From the IMG/VR virus record IMGVR_UViG_3300044801_000195, positions 1-60,175 of that record: a DNA stretch of 60,175 bases. The stretch is one strand, 5' to 3'. This stretch comes from a virus. Taxonomy: Duplodnaviria; Caudoviricetes. The notes below the pieces were generated by a model. It was given only the letters and a program-made list of their open reading frames with translations, made no database searches and was not told where the DNA came from. This document shows positions 28,346-37,844 of this stretch, piece after piece; position 1 is the stretch's first letter, and each line of letters opens with the position of its first letter. The translations under genes and the position numbers were made by a program.

Positions 28346-28971
28346 GGGGTCCCCGCGGGCGCGACCCGGCCACACTACTCCTGGCGGTAGTGTTCCTGCT
28401 CGCCGCCATCGCCGTCATTGTGTTTGTATCGGCCCCCGCGCGGGCGGAATGCGGTGTCGCCTCGGTCTACTGGCAAGGAGCGAGGACCGCCAACGGGGAA
28501 CGGTTCAACCCGGATGGCGTCTCCGCGGCGCATAAGACCCTGCCCTTCGGCTCCCGTGTCGTCGTCCGCAACCAGCGCACCGGCAAATCGATCCTGGTCC
28601 GCATCAACGACCGCGGCCCCTTTGTCGCGGGCCGCATTATCGACTTGTCGCGCGGCGCGGCGCGCCAGTTCGGGATGGCCGGGCTTGCGCAAGTCTGCAT
28701 CGATGTCGTTAGCTATGGCGGCAAGACCGTAAAGCGGCGCACCGATTATGCTCAGCACTACGCTGACCTGACCGCACGCGCGGTACATGGCACCATCCGC
28801 CGCACCGCGAAGGACTTTGGCGCATTCACTCGCGATGGAATCCATCGGGTCCAAAGGGCCGGCACTCAGATCGTCCGTATCCTGACGCCGCAACGAGTCC
28901 GGCATCACCGCGGGCATCGCCGCCACCATCGGCAAACCCACCGGCATTATCAGCCCCAGATGAGGTTCTGA
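28342..28971 (+). CDS. RlpA-like lytic transglycosylase (DPBB domain) with N-terminal hydrophobic segment
   Basis: GVASVY...TANGERFN...AAHKTLPFGS...VRINDRGPFVAGRIIDLS. Confidence 0.92.
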   Translation: MRGPRGRDPATLLLAVVFLLAAIAVIVFVSAPARAECGVASVYWQGARTANGERFNPDGVSAAHKTLPFGSRVVVRNQRTGKSILVRINDRGPFVAGRIIDLSRGAARQFGMAGLAQVCIDVVSYGGKTVKRRTDYAQHYADLTARAVHGTIRRTAKDFGAFTRDGIHRVQRAGTQIVRILTPQRVRHHRGHRRHHRQTHRHYQPQMRF

Positions 28972-28974
28972 CCG

Positions 28975-29475
28975 GTGACGATCACCCCGGTCAGCTTCGT
29001 CGCGGATTTCGCCGAGTTCGCGAACGCTTCCGACTATCCTACTAGCGCGATCACCTATTGGGCCAATCTGGGCGGCATGCTGCTCAGCACGGATCGTTTT
29101 GGGCCTGGCGCCGCGACAGCATCGGCGCCCCCCACAACGCTTTACGATATCGCGCTAGAGCTGTTCGTTGCCCACAACCTCGTCATCGAAAAGCAGGCCA
29201 AGGATTCGGCGGCGAACAATGCCGCGCCTGGTGTCAGCGAGGGGCCGGTATCGAGCAAGAGCGTTGCGGGGGTCAGTGTCTCCTACGACACGGGAGCCGC
29301 GCTTGATCCGAATGCCGGCCACTGGAATCTGACGGTCTATGGAACGCGGCTTTGGGAACTCTTCCAGAAATTCGGCGCCGGTCCCATTCAGATCACGGGC
29401 GCGCCAGCGCCCCAGATACCGGGCTTCGGCGTTCCCTGGTTCGGCCCCGTGGTCGATCAGGGCTGGAGTTGGTAA
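28975..29475 (+). CDS. DUF4054 head-tail adaptor
   Basis: F..DF.EF, LFVAH.L, SSKSV.GVSVSYD, WNLT.YG. Confidence 0.88.
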   Translation: MTITPVSFVADFAEFANASDYPTSAITYWANLGGMLLSTDRFGPGAATASAPPTTLYDIALELFVAHNLVIEKQAKDSAANNAAPGVSEGPVSSKSVAGVSVSYDTGAALDPNAGHWNLTVYGTRLWELFQKFGAGPIQITGAPAPQIPGFGVPWFGPVVDQGWSW

Positions 29476-30041
29476 TGACAACTGTCAAGTGCGTCGTCAA
29501 CAAGCATGCCGATGTAATGCGTGCGCTGAACTTGCTTGCGAATACCCGCGTGATGGTAGGCGTGCCGGCTGAGCACGCCGTCCGGAACCCGGAACCGGGC
29601 GAGAAAGGGGCGCCGCCCAACAACGCCGAGCTGGCATACATTAACGAGCATGGTTGCCCCGCGACCCACATCCCGCCCCGCCCATTCCTAAAATCCGCGA
29701 TTGCCGGTATCGCGGGCGAGATCGATCAAAGCCTCCGCCGCGCCGCCGAATATGCGATGCAGGGCCGGCCGGAAGCCGTCGAGAAATCGTTCATGGCTCT
29801 TGGCCTCCTAGCACAAGACGCGGCCCGCAAAAAGATCAACGAAGGGGTGCCGCCGCCGCTTTCGGAGCGGACGCTTCAGACGCGGGCGGCGCGCGGGCGC
29901 AAGGGGGCGAAGAAGGAACTAAAACGGCGCGGCGAGGGGATGTTGCCAAGCATCGAATTCGCGAAGCCGCTTATCGATACCGGTCAGTTGCGCAACGCGA
30001 TCACCTTCGTTATCCGCAAAGTGCGCGGCCTACAATTTTAA
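29475..30041 (+). CDS. Neck / tail-completion protein
   Basis: VMVGVP, NAELAYINEHG, IPPRPFL, KPLIDTGQLRNAIT; start coupled at 29475. Confidence 0.85.
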   Translation: MTTVKCVVNKHADVMRALNLLANTRVMVGVPAEHAVRNPEPGEKGAPPNNAELAYINEHGCPATHIPPRPFLKSAIAGIAGEIDQSLRRAAEYAMQGRPEAVEKSFMALGLLAQDAARKKINEGVPPPLSERTLQTRAARGRKGAKKELKRRGEGMLPSIEFAKPLIDTGQLRNAITFVIRKVRGLQF

Positions 30042-30120
30042 CCACTTCGTCGAAAATCGTTGGCGTTTTGAAGTTAGCGACTTATCTGTGTTATTCCGAT
30101 AATACGGCCAGGAGAAATGC

Positions 30121-30348
30121 ATGAATACCCATGTGAGCATTGGTGAGATCGCGACGATGTTACCTCCTGGGACGAAGGAGTTTGAAGTCTCGGACCATCC
30201 TTATAAATGCGGAAATGACATGGTAATCGACCTAATAACGCCTGATATTGAATTGAACACCAAAATCAGAACGACAGTTAAGAATTACATCGATGGGCTG
30301 TTTCAGCGGCCCGTCTTGATTAACTTTTCTTCCCGACCGTGGAATTGA
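30121..30348 (+). CDS. AT-rich hypothetical moron
   Basis: Own AGGAG RBS; lower GC than flanking genes. Confidence 0.55.
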   Translation: MNTHVSIGEIATMLPPGTKEFEVSDHPYKCGNDMVIDLITPDIELNTKIRTTVKNYIDGLFQRPVLINFSSRPWN

Positions 30349-30395
30349 TGGCAGCGCTGTCAAACATTGTGACAGCAAAGTAAGCGCATCATTTA

Positions 30396-30878
30396 ATGCC
30401 GCAAATCGATGTCTCCGATATCGTCCGCGATCCCTTCATCGCGGGCGAACGGTTTACGGTGCTACGCCGCGTCGAGACCGTGAGTGCCTACGGGCAATCT
30501 TCGGTCGCGATACGAACCTACCCAGACCAAATAGGCTCCATTGTCCCCGCGGGCGACAACAGCCTGGTCCGCGAGGAAGCCTACCAGACCCAGGCGAAAG
30601 CCATCCAGGTCATCACCTCCTTCCGGCTGCGCGGCGCCTCGAAAGATCAAGCCGGCTACCGTTATCAGCCCGACATCGTGATCTGGAAGGGCGATGCGTT
30701 CGTCGTCCGGTCCATTTCCGACTTCTCGCAATACGGCGCCGGGCTGGTACAGGCGGACTGCATCTCGATCGATCTCGTCGATCAAGTGCCCGCCGGCAAT
30801 ACCGCGGCTCCTGTCAGCGAGACCTTCGCGGTGCCAGGCTTCTCCGATCAAATTCCCATTCTCGATGGCGAGGGCTAA
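30396..30878 (+). CDS. Head closure / head-tail joining protein
   Basis: IDVSD...F.V.RR.E.V..YG...QPDIVIW.G...YGAG; synteny. Confidence 0.75.
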   Translation: MPQIDVSDIVRDPFIAGERFTVLRRVETVSAYGQSSVAIRTYPDQIGSIVPAGDNSLVREEAYQTQAKAIQVITSFRLRGASKDQAGYRYQPDIVIWKGDAFVVRSISDFSQYGAGLVQADCISIDLVDQVPAGNTAAPVSETFAVPGFSDQIPILDGEG

Positions 30879-31210
30879 TGCTGATTCAAGTCCGCGACGC
30901 CCAAGGCAATCCGCAGCTCGTCGCCGTCCAGAGCGTGGCGGCGCCAACCGACCGCTCGGGCTCAATCGCTGCAACTGGCACCTCGTTGCAGGTCATGGCC
31001 GCGAATACCGCGCGCTCGGGCTGGTATTTTCAGAACAGTTCCGTCAATCCGATGACGCTCAACGATCTGGGCACCGATGCCACTCAGCCCAACAGCTTTG
31101 TCATCGGCGCCGGCCAGGTGTTTCCGCCGCCGCGCTATCCGGTTTCACAGGGCGCGATCACGGTCGCCGGGCTGCAAATCGGCGACACCTTCGTTGCCCG
31201 CGAATGGTAG
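30878..31210 (+). CDS. Hypothetical virion protein
   Basis: AANTARSGWYFQN motif; coupled. Confidence 0.6.
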   Translation: MLIQVRDAQGNPQLVAVQSVAAPTDRSGSIAATGTSLQVMAANTARSGWYFQNSSVNPMTLNDLGTDATQPNSFVIGAGQVFPPPRYPVSQGAITVAGLQIGDTFVAREW

Positions 31211-31213
31211 GAC

Positions 31214-31819
31214 GTGTCCGATAGTTCGACCGGCGGCTACCTAGCACCCGCCGCGGCCCCGGCCCCGCTTCAGGGCGCCGGGCTCAATAACGCCATCCAA
31301 CAGGCTATCGCCGGGATTACCGGACTGCCGGGCAATCTGGTGCGGCCGGCTTTTCAAGCCGAACCGCCGGACTGGCCCGATGCCGGAACCGCATGGTGCG
31401 CCTTCCGCTATCAGCGCCGCCCCGCCGATCTGTTTCCGGCAATCGTTCACCAGCCCACGGCGAATGGCGGCCAAGGCCAGGATGAGTTGCAGCGCTACGA
31501 ATCCATCGAGGTGCTTTGCAGCTTTTACGACCTCGGCACCACGGGCCAAGCCGACTATTACGCCGCGACGCTTCGCGATGGGCTTTCGATCCCGCAAAAC
31601 CGTGAGGCGCTCGCCGCCGCGGCCATCGTCCTTGTCAAGACCGGCGATATCCTCGCGGTGCCGGTACTGGTGAAACAGCGCTGGCTTTATCGCGCCGATC
31701 TGTCCTTCACGCTCCGCCGCACCGTCCAGCGCGATTACCCCGTTCTCAATGTCGTGTCGGCAACCGGGACGATTCGAACCGATTCTCCGCCGCTTTCCGA
31801 AACTTTCACCGCCTCATAA
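31214..31819 (+). CDS. Tail terminator / neck protein
   Basis: DSSTGGYL, GITGLPG.LVRP..Q, WCAF; precedes the sheath. Confidence 0.8.
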   Translation: MSDSSTGGYLAPAAAPAPLQGAGLNNAIQQAIAGITGLPGNLVRPAFQAEPPDWPDAGTAWCAFRYQRRPADLFPAIVHQPTANGGQGQDELQRYESIEVLCSFYDLGTTGQADYYAATLRDGLSIPQNREALAAAAIVLVKTGDILAVPVLVKQRWLYRADLSFTLRRTVQRDYPVLNVVSATGTIRTDSPPLSETFTAS

Positions 31820-31834
31820 CCGGAAGGGCATCCG

Positions 31835-33325
31835 ATGTCCCTTGGCTTACCCGTCTCGCAGCTCATCTCCGCGAGCGTCAACCTTTCCGCGCTTGCCAGC
31901 CAGGTGCCGAGCTTTAACAGCAACTTGATCCTCGGCACCGCGACGGTCATCGATACCGTGACCCGGATGCGGACCTATTCCTCGCTGACCGCAATCGCGG
32001 CCGATTTCGGCGGCGCGGCCGAGGAATATCTGGCGGCGGTTCTCTGGTTTGCACAGCGGCCGCAGCCGGGATCGCTCTCTGTCGGACGCTGGTGCAAGGC
32101 TGCCGCCTCGGGCCAGCTCGTTGGGGGCGCGGTCTCCGCGGCAAACCAGGCGCTCAGCGCCTGGACTCCAATCACCGCGGGTTCCTTCAGGATCACTATC
32201 GATACTGGTTCGGCGACGGATGTCACGAGTCTAAATTTCTCCGCGCAGACCACCATGACCGGTGTCGCCGGGGTGATTAATACCGCGCTTGCCCTCTTGA
32301 CTCCGGCGGCGGGCTGCGTCTGGGATCCCGTCTATCAGCGCTTCGTCATTACTTCCGTTTCGACGGGGATCAACTCCGCGATCTCATTCCTGTCCGCGGC
32401 AACCGGTGGCACTCCTATCGCTGCGCAGACGGGTCTTACCGCCGCAACCGGCGCCTACCAGGCCGGCGGGCTCGCCGCGGAGAGCGCGCTTGCCGCGGTA
32501 ACGCTATTCGATACGATGTTCACGTCGCAATGGTACGGCCTCGAAATTCCGTCCGCGGCGCAGGCCGATCATCTGGCCGTTGGCGCCTTTATCGAGGCTT
32601 CGAACAACACGCACTTTTACGGCGTCACCGATCAGGAAGCCGCGGTGCTGACTCCCGGCGATACCTCGACAACCGCCTACAAATTGGAGCAGCTCGCCCT
32701 CAACCACACCGCGACGCAATATTCCAGCTCCTCGCCTTATGCCGCCTCCAGCCTGCTTGGCCGCATCCTGACGACGAACTGGAACGACAACAACTCCGCG
32801 ATCACGCTTATGTACAAGACGGAGCCGTCCGTCGTTGCGGAGACCCTGAACCAAACGCAGATGGCCGCGCTGCTGGCGAAGAACGCCAACGTTTTCGTCA
32901 ACTACAACAACGCCACCGCCATCATTCAGCCCGGCGTCTGCGCTTCGGGCCAGTTCGTCGACACGATCATCGGCGTCGATTGGCTGCGCGCGACGATCAT
33001 GACGAACCTCTACAACGTGCTCTATCTTTCGCCCACCAAGATCCCGCAGACCGATGCCGGGATGCACCGGCTTACCACCGCGATGGAAGCCGCCCTCGAT
33101 CAGGGCGTCAATAATGGACTCTTGGCGCCAGGCACCTGGGGAGGCGCCGGTTTCGGCCAGATCCAGACCGGAAGCTTTCTTTCCAAGGGGTACTACATTT
33201 ATCAGCCCCCCATCGCGAACCAGGCATTGGCGCAGCGTTCGGCGCGCGTCTCGGTGCCCTTCCAAATCGCGGCTCATCTCGCCGGCGCGGTTCATACCGC
33301 CAGCCTCACCATCAACGTCGCCTGA
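31835..33325 (+). CDS. Tail sheath protein (DUF3383)
   Basis: R.YSSL....DFG...EY.AA..WF.Q.PQP, TLMYK.EP, KIPQTDAG, AGAVH. Confidence 0.92.
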   Translation: MSLGLPVSQLISASVNLSALASQVPSFNSNLILGTATVIDTVTRMRTYSSLTAIAADFGGAAEEYLAAVLWFAQRPQPGSLSVGRWCKAAASGQLVGGAVSAANQALSAWTPITAGSFRITIDTGSATDVTSLNFSAQTTMTGVAGVINTALALLTPAAGCVWDPVYQRFVITSVSTGINSAISFLSAATGGTPIAAQTGLTAATGAYQAGGLAAESALAAVTLFDTMFTSQWYGLEIPSAAQADHLAVGAFIEASNNTHFYGVTDQEAAVLTPGDTSTTAYKLEQLALNHTATQYSSSSPYAASSLLGRILTTNWNDNNSAITLMYKTEPSVVAETLNQTQMAALLAKNANVFVNYNNATAIIQPGVCASGQFVDTIIGVDWLRATIMTNLYNVLYLSPTKIPQTDAGMHRLTTAMEAALDQGVNNGLLAPGTWGGAGFGQIQTGSFLSKGYYIYQPPIANQALAQRSARVSVPFQIAAHLAGAVHTASLTINVA

Positions 33326-33341
33326 TCCATAGGAGGCCGCC

Positions 33342-33806
33342 TTGGGCACCCCTCTCGCCTATTCGTTTCTCGGTATCGTGGGGGCCATCACCGGACCCGG
33401 CGGCAATTATAATCTGGGCGCCGGCGCGGGTAACGCCGAGGATGCCATCCGCGTCGGCATGGCGACGGAAAAAACCACCACGACTTCCGGCGCGGACGGC
33501 TCCATCATGCAGGCTCTGCATGCCAACAACACGGGCACGATCACTTTCCGGCTGCTGAAGACCTCGCCGGTCAATTTCTCGCTGAGCGCGCTTTATAACG
33601 CCCAGCGGCTGTTCGCAAATCTCTGGGGCCTGAACGTCATCCGCGTCATGGACATCAACCGGGGCGATGTGATTTTGGGCACCCAAATGGCCTTCGTGAA
33701 GCACAGCGATATCGGCTACGATGTCAACGGCAATATCAACGAGTGGGCGTTTCGCGGCCTTGTCATCATGGAGCTCGGCCAGGGCGTCGCGGACGTGAAT
33801 ATCTGA
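33342..33806 (+). CDS. Tail tube protein (DUF3277)
   Basis: YSF...GPGG, GADGS.M..L, LLKTSPVN; follows the sheath. Confidence 0.88.
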   Translation: MGTPLAYSFLGIVGAITGPGGNYNLGAGAGNAEDAIRVGMATEKTTTTSGADGSIMQALHANNTGTITFRLLKTSPVNFSLSALYNAQRLFANLWGLNVIRVMDINRGDVILGTQMAFVKHSDIGYDVNGNINEWAFRGLVIMELGQGVADVNI

Positions 33807-34297
33807 TGGCCGAAGATTTCCAAGTTGGCGAACATACCTACCGCGCCGGGCGCCTCATCGCAAGAACGCAATTTCATGTCGTCCGCCGCCTCGGCACCGT
33901 GGTCTCCGCTTTCGGCGCCGTGCTGCCCTTTCTGAAAGGCTCGGCCCCGATTGCTGTCGTCGAGCCGCTGCTCAAGGCCATCGGCGAGATGAAGGAGGAG
34001 GACGCGGATTACGTGCTTTCGAAATGCCTTGCCGTGGTGCAAAGGGTCACTCCGGAAGGCGCCTTCCCCATCCAGGCCGGCAATGACAGGCTGACTTATG
34101 AGGACATCTCGATGCCGGAGATGGTCCAGATCGTCTGGCATGTTCTCGAAAGCAATCTCAAATCTTTTTCCTCCGCGTTCCCCTTCGCCGGGACGGAGCG
34201 CGCGGAAGCCCCGGCGGCGACTGGCTCACCCTCCCCGATGACGAAGACTGGCTCCTCCGCCCGGCACTCGAAGGCGCCTGCCGGTTCGAGAGCCTGA
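33806..34297 (+). CDS. Tail assembly chaperone
   Basis: ATG coupled at 33806; QFHVVRRL...DYVL..CL.VV.R; between tube and tape measure. Confidence 0.8.
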   Translation: MAEDFQVGEHTYRAGRLIARTQFHVVRRLGTVVSAFGAVLPFLKGSAPIAVVEPLLKAIGEMKEEDADYVLSKCLAVVQRVTPEGAFPIQAGNDRLTYEDISMPEMVQIVWHVLESNLKSFSSAFPFAGTERAEAPAATGSPSPMTKTGSSARHSKAPAGSRA

Positions 34298-34407
34298 TCG
34301 ATGGCACGCTCGACCTCGAAAACGTCGCCCTCCTGAACGACGCCCTCGATGCCCGGATCGAAAACCGGCGGCGGACGCAATTATTGAATTGGGGAAACGA
34401 TGGCTGA
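34165..34407 (+). CDS. -1 frame extension of the tail chaperone (DUF6889-like), probably reached by frameshift
   Basis: Frame reads LPDDEDWLLRPALEGACRFESLIDGTLDLENVALLNDALD with no ATG; TCTTTTTC at 34163-34170; TGA at 34405-07. Confidence 0.7.
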   Translation, partial: FFLRVPLRRDGARGSPGGDWLTLPDDEDWLLRPALEGACRFESLIDGTLDLENVALLNDALDARIENRRRTQLLNWGNDG

Positions 34408-35836
34408 CACGATTCAAGAGTATTTGATCGCGCTCGGCTACAAGATCGACGAGCCCGGTCTCGCTAAGTTTAATCTCTTCCTCGGCACCACCTCGAAATC
34501 TTTTGGGGCACTGGCGAGGGTTGTCACCGCGACGACGACGCAAATCGTGGAATCGGTGACACAGATCGCGCGCCAGTTCGAGGGCCTCTACTATGCGTCG
34601 CAGCGCACCGGAGAGACCGTGGCGGGATTGCAGGCGGTAGGTTTCGCGGCTAAACAGATCGGCATCTCCAGCGAGGCCGCGCGGAGCGCCATTGAGAACT
34701 TCGCGCGCGCCGTGCGGATGAACCCCGGTGTGGAGGGTTTCCTGAAGGGCTTGGGTGTTGGTCCTGGCGCGCCTATGGAGCGGCTGGAGCAGTTCATCAA
34801 GAATACCCAGAATATGGCCTATCCGGTTCGCGCCCGGATGGCGGGCGAGATTCTTGGTATCGACGAGCAAACCTTCCGCATGCTCACCTTGGAAGGCGGC
34901 CTGGAACGCTTCATTCAAGAAGAGCGGGAACATGTAAAAGTTCAGCGCGAAGCCGGCGTTGACGCGCAAAGGCTCGCTGAAAAGAGCACGGAATATGGCC
35001 GTTCCATTAATAGGCTGGGCCGGGAATTCGCAATCTTTGGTGAGATCATGGCCGGCGTGTTCCTGCCACCGCTTGAAAAGGCAATCAATGCGCTCGACCG
35101 CCTGATGCAGGCCACGAACAAAACGCTCGGGTCGACGATTAAGGAGAATAAGGGACTCGAAAGCTTCCTGGCGCAAACGTGGGTGCGATTGCTAAATTGG
35201 ACCGGCGCCATCAGCGACGAGGAGCTCGCCGAGCTTGAGGAGCCGCTGGAGAAGGGCGGGGCCGCAGGCGCGGCCAAGGTCACTGCCCAGCCAAACGGCG
35301 GCCAAGTTGGTGGTTCCAACGCCGCAAGCGTGATGCGCTATTTTCAGGGTAAGGGCTATTCTCCAGCAGCCGCTGCAGCGATTGCGGCGAATGCCCAAAG
35401 TGAGAGCGGCTACGATCCGGAGAGCTTCAATCCGAAGGGGGGCGGTCAGGGTGCTTTTGGACTGTTCCAATGGCGGGGTGACCGGCTCGCAGGTCTTCGC
35501 TCCCGATATGGCGCACATCCCAACGCCGGGCAGCAGATGGACTATGCGGCCTGGGAGCTTCAGAACAGCGAATCAGCCACCGGCCGGATGCTGCGCGGCC
35601 CCATGGGCAATGCTGCCACGCTGGGCACGATGTTCAGCCGCGACTTCGAGCGGCACGGCAACGCTGCCGAAGATGCGGCGCGCGGCCGTCTTGCCGAGCG
35701 TCTCGTCGTCCAGAACTCGACCACCATCAACGTCGGCGCCGGATCGACGGCGGGCGCGACCGCGCAGGCTGTGGCCGGCGAGCAGGGCCGCGTCAATGGC
35801 GATCTCGTCCGTAATCTGCAGGGCGCGGTGCGGTGA
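34400..35836 (+). CDS. Tape measure protein with C-terminal tail-tip lysozyme domain
   Basis: TIQEYLIALGYKID, LYYASQRTG; AAAIAAN.QSESG..P...AFGLFQW.GDR. Confidence 0.88.
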   Translation: MADTIQEYLIALGYKIDEPGLAKFNLFLGTTSKSFGALARVVTATTTQIVESVTQIARQFEGLYYASQRTGETVAGLQAVGFAAKQIGISSEAARSAIENFARAVRMNPGVEGFLKGLGVGPGAPMERLEQFIKNTQNMAYPVRARMAGEILGIDEQTFRMLTLEGGLERFIQEEREHVKVQREAGVDAQRLAEKSTEYGRSINRLGREFAIFGEIMAGVFLPPLEKAINALDRLMQATNKTLGSTIKENKGLESFLAQTWVRLLNWTGAISDEELAELEEPLEKGGAAGAAKVTAQPNGGQVGGSNAASVMRYFQGKGYSPAAAAAIAANAQSESGYDPESFNPKGGGQGAFGLFQWRGDRLAGLRSRYGAHPNAGQQMDYAAWELQNSESATGRMLRGPMGNAATLGTMFSRDFERHGNAAEDAARGRLAERLVVQNSTTINVGAGSTAGATAQAVAGEQGRVNGDLVRNLQGAVR

Positions 35837-36414
35837 GCCTCGTCCCGACCGGCCTCCCGCTGGCACTCGCCGCGGCGCAGGCGCTCATTGGCCCGGTTCT
35901 GATCCGGTCCCGTCAAATTGGCGGCTTCATCGCCGATGTCACCATCGAGGAGATTCATCGCGACCGGCTCACGGCAACACGGCACCCCGTGGAGCAGGGC
36001 GCCGCGATCACCGACCATTCCTACAAGGAGCCCGCCGAGGTCATCATCCGCTGCGGCTGGTCGAATTCGAGCCTTGTAAGCTTCGGCGATCCGAACTATG
36101 TCCAGAACATCTACGCGGAGTTTCTCGCGCTGCAGGCCGCCCGGCAGCCCTTCGACATCCTGACCGGCAAGCGCGCCTACACCAACATGCTCTGCACCAT
36201 GCTCCAGGTCACAACCGACGAGCGCACGGAGAACGCGCTACTGATTATGGCGGAATGCCATGAGATTTTGATCGCGCAAACGCAGGTTGTAACCGTGGGC
36301 TCGTCGTCGAACATGACGAGTCCGCAGCTTAACGGGGCGACCCAGAACACTGGCACCAATGTGCTCGGACCCGCGGGCCAGAACAACTACAGTTCGAGCT
36401 TGCCGCCGCACTGA
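35833..36414 (+). CDS. Baseplate / distal tail (Dit-like) protein
   Basis: EE.H.D....T.HPVEQGA.ITDHSY..P, TGKR.Y.NM. Confidence 0.85.
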   Translation: MSLVPTGLPLALAAAQALIGPVLIRSRQIGGFIADVTIEEIHRDRLTATRHPVEQGAAITDHSYKEPAEVIIRCGWSNSSLVSFGDPNYVQNIYAEFLALQAARQPFDILTGKRAYTNMLCTMLQVTTDERTENALLIMAECHEILIAQTQVVTVGSSSNMTSPQLNGATQNTGTNVLGPAGQNNYSSSLPPH

Positions 36415-36728
36415 TGGCAACCGCTTACGAAATCCCGCTGCAGGCCAGCGCGCAAACCTTCGTCATCCAGCTCGCCGGCGTCACTTATGGCATGACGCTG
36501 CATTGGTGCGACCCGAACCAGACCTGGATTCTCGACATTGCCGATGGCGACGGTAACGCGCTGGTTCAGGGCATCCCGCTCGTGACCGGCGCGGATTTGT
36601 TAGCGCCCTATGGCTATCTTGGTTTCGGCGGCTCTCTTTACGCGCAGACCGATTACGACACGTTCGCGCCGCCCACCTACGACAACCTCGGTTCCGCGGG
36701 CCACCTCTACTTCGTGACCAATCCATAA
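36414..36728 (+). CDS. Baseplate plug-like protein
   Basis: EIPL, WILDI.D, GIPLVTGADLL..Y.YLG. Confidence 0.8.
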   Translation: MATAYEIPLQASAQTFVIQLAGVTYGMTLHWCDPNQTWILDIADGDGNALVQGIPLVTGADLLAPYGYLGFGGSLYAQTDYDTFAPPTYDNLGSAGHLYFVTNP

Positions 36729-37687
36729 TGAGCGATCTTTACCTCCGCAAGGTGGGCCTCGCGGTTGTCATGGGCCAGAAGGCGCTCGATCTTTCGCAGA
36801 TGCGGATCGTGTTCCGCACACAAGCGGCGGATGAAGGCGCCCCGGCGACGGCGCATATCAAGGTCTACAATCTGAGCGATCACACCGCGCAATCGGTGCA
36901 GAAGGAATATCAGAGCGTCACCCTGCAGGCCGGTTACGAGAACGGGCCTTATGGGCAAATTTTCAATGGCACCATCGTCCAAGTCAAGCGCGGGCGGGAA
37001 ATCGGGGCCGGCGGCGTTGTCGATACTTATGTCCAGATCGACGCCGCCGATAGCGACATCTTCCATAATTTCCAGCTCATCAACGGAGTCCTTGCCGCCG
37101 GAGCGACCAAAGCGCAGCAAGCGCAGACCCTGGCCACGCAAGCCCAGCAAAACAAGACGCTGACGGATGCGAAGCTCGAAGCGCTCAAAAATCAGACGTC
37201 GCCAACGGGCGGCGTTCTGCCCCGCGGCAAGGTGCTGTTCGGCATGGCGCGCGACATCCTGGACGATCTCGCGGCCTCGACGGGCACGGCATGGAGCATT
37301 CAGAACGGCGTTCTCACGTTCCGCGGCCTGACCACATACGATCCAGGCGACATCGTGGTGCTGACGGCCAAAACCGGCTTGATCGTCGTTCCCGAGGCAA
37401 CCGACAACGGGATTAGGGTGCAGACCCTGCTCAATCCGTTTCTCCAAATCGCCCGCCGGGTGCAAATCGACAACAAGTCGATCAATACGACGGCGCAGCA
37501 TGCCAATTTCGGGCTCCAATATCAGGGCCTCAATTACATCGCGACCACGAACGACGACGGCATCTACCGCATTCTGGTTGTCGAGCATGCCGGGGATAGC
37601 CGCGGGCAGCAATGGCAGACCGATCTGGTTTGCCTGAATGTCGATCCGAGCTCCGCGCCGGCGAAGGCCGTGAAGGCTTACGGGTAA
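36728..37687 (+). CDS. Baseplate hub protein
   Basis: A.IKVYNLS..T, LQAGYE, PRGKV.FG, WSIQNG, TGLI..P, DGIY..L...H.GDSRG..W. Confidence 0.85.
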   Translation: MSDLYLRKVGLAVVMGQKALDLSQMRIVFRTQAADEGAPATAHIKVYNLSDHTAQSVQKEYQSVTLQAGYENGPYGQIFNGTIVQVKRGREIGAGGVVDTYVQIDAADSDIFHNFQLINGVLAAGATKAQQAQTLATQAQQNKTLTDAKLEALKNQTSPTGGVLPRGKVLFGMARDILDDLAASTGTAWSIQNGVLTFRGLTTYDPGDIVVLTAKTGLIVVPEATDNGIRVQTLLNPFLQIARRVQIDNKSINTTAQHANFGLQYQGLNYIATTNDDGIYRILVVEHAGDSRGQQWQTDLVCLNVDPSSAPAKAVKAYG

Positions 37688-37756
37688 CTCTGTTTTCAGA
37701 TTTTATGCGTATTGAATTGATGGTCTTAGCCAGAATGCGTAAACCTAGCAATGCGC

Positions 37757-37825
37757 GGCCAGGCGAGGCGCGGCGGGGTCAGGCGCGGCATGGCGTGGCT
37801 AGGCGAGGCAAGGGGCCGTATGGCC
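37757..37825 (+). ncRNA. GGY-NN pentamer array (11 units) with 3' GGCC-GTAT-GGCC hairpin; candidate VIPR-like guide RNA
   Basis: ggcCA ggcGA ggcGC ggcGG ggtCA ggcGC ggcAT ggcGT ggcTA ggcGA ggcAA at 37757-37811; intergenic, directly upstream of a RAMP-like gene. Confidence 0.8.
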
Positions 37826-37844
37826 AATTAATATGGAGGCACCA

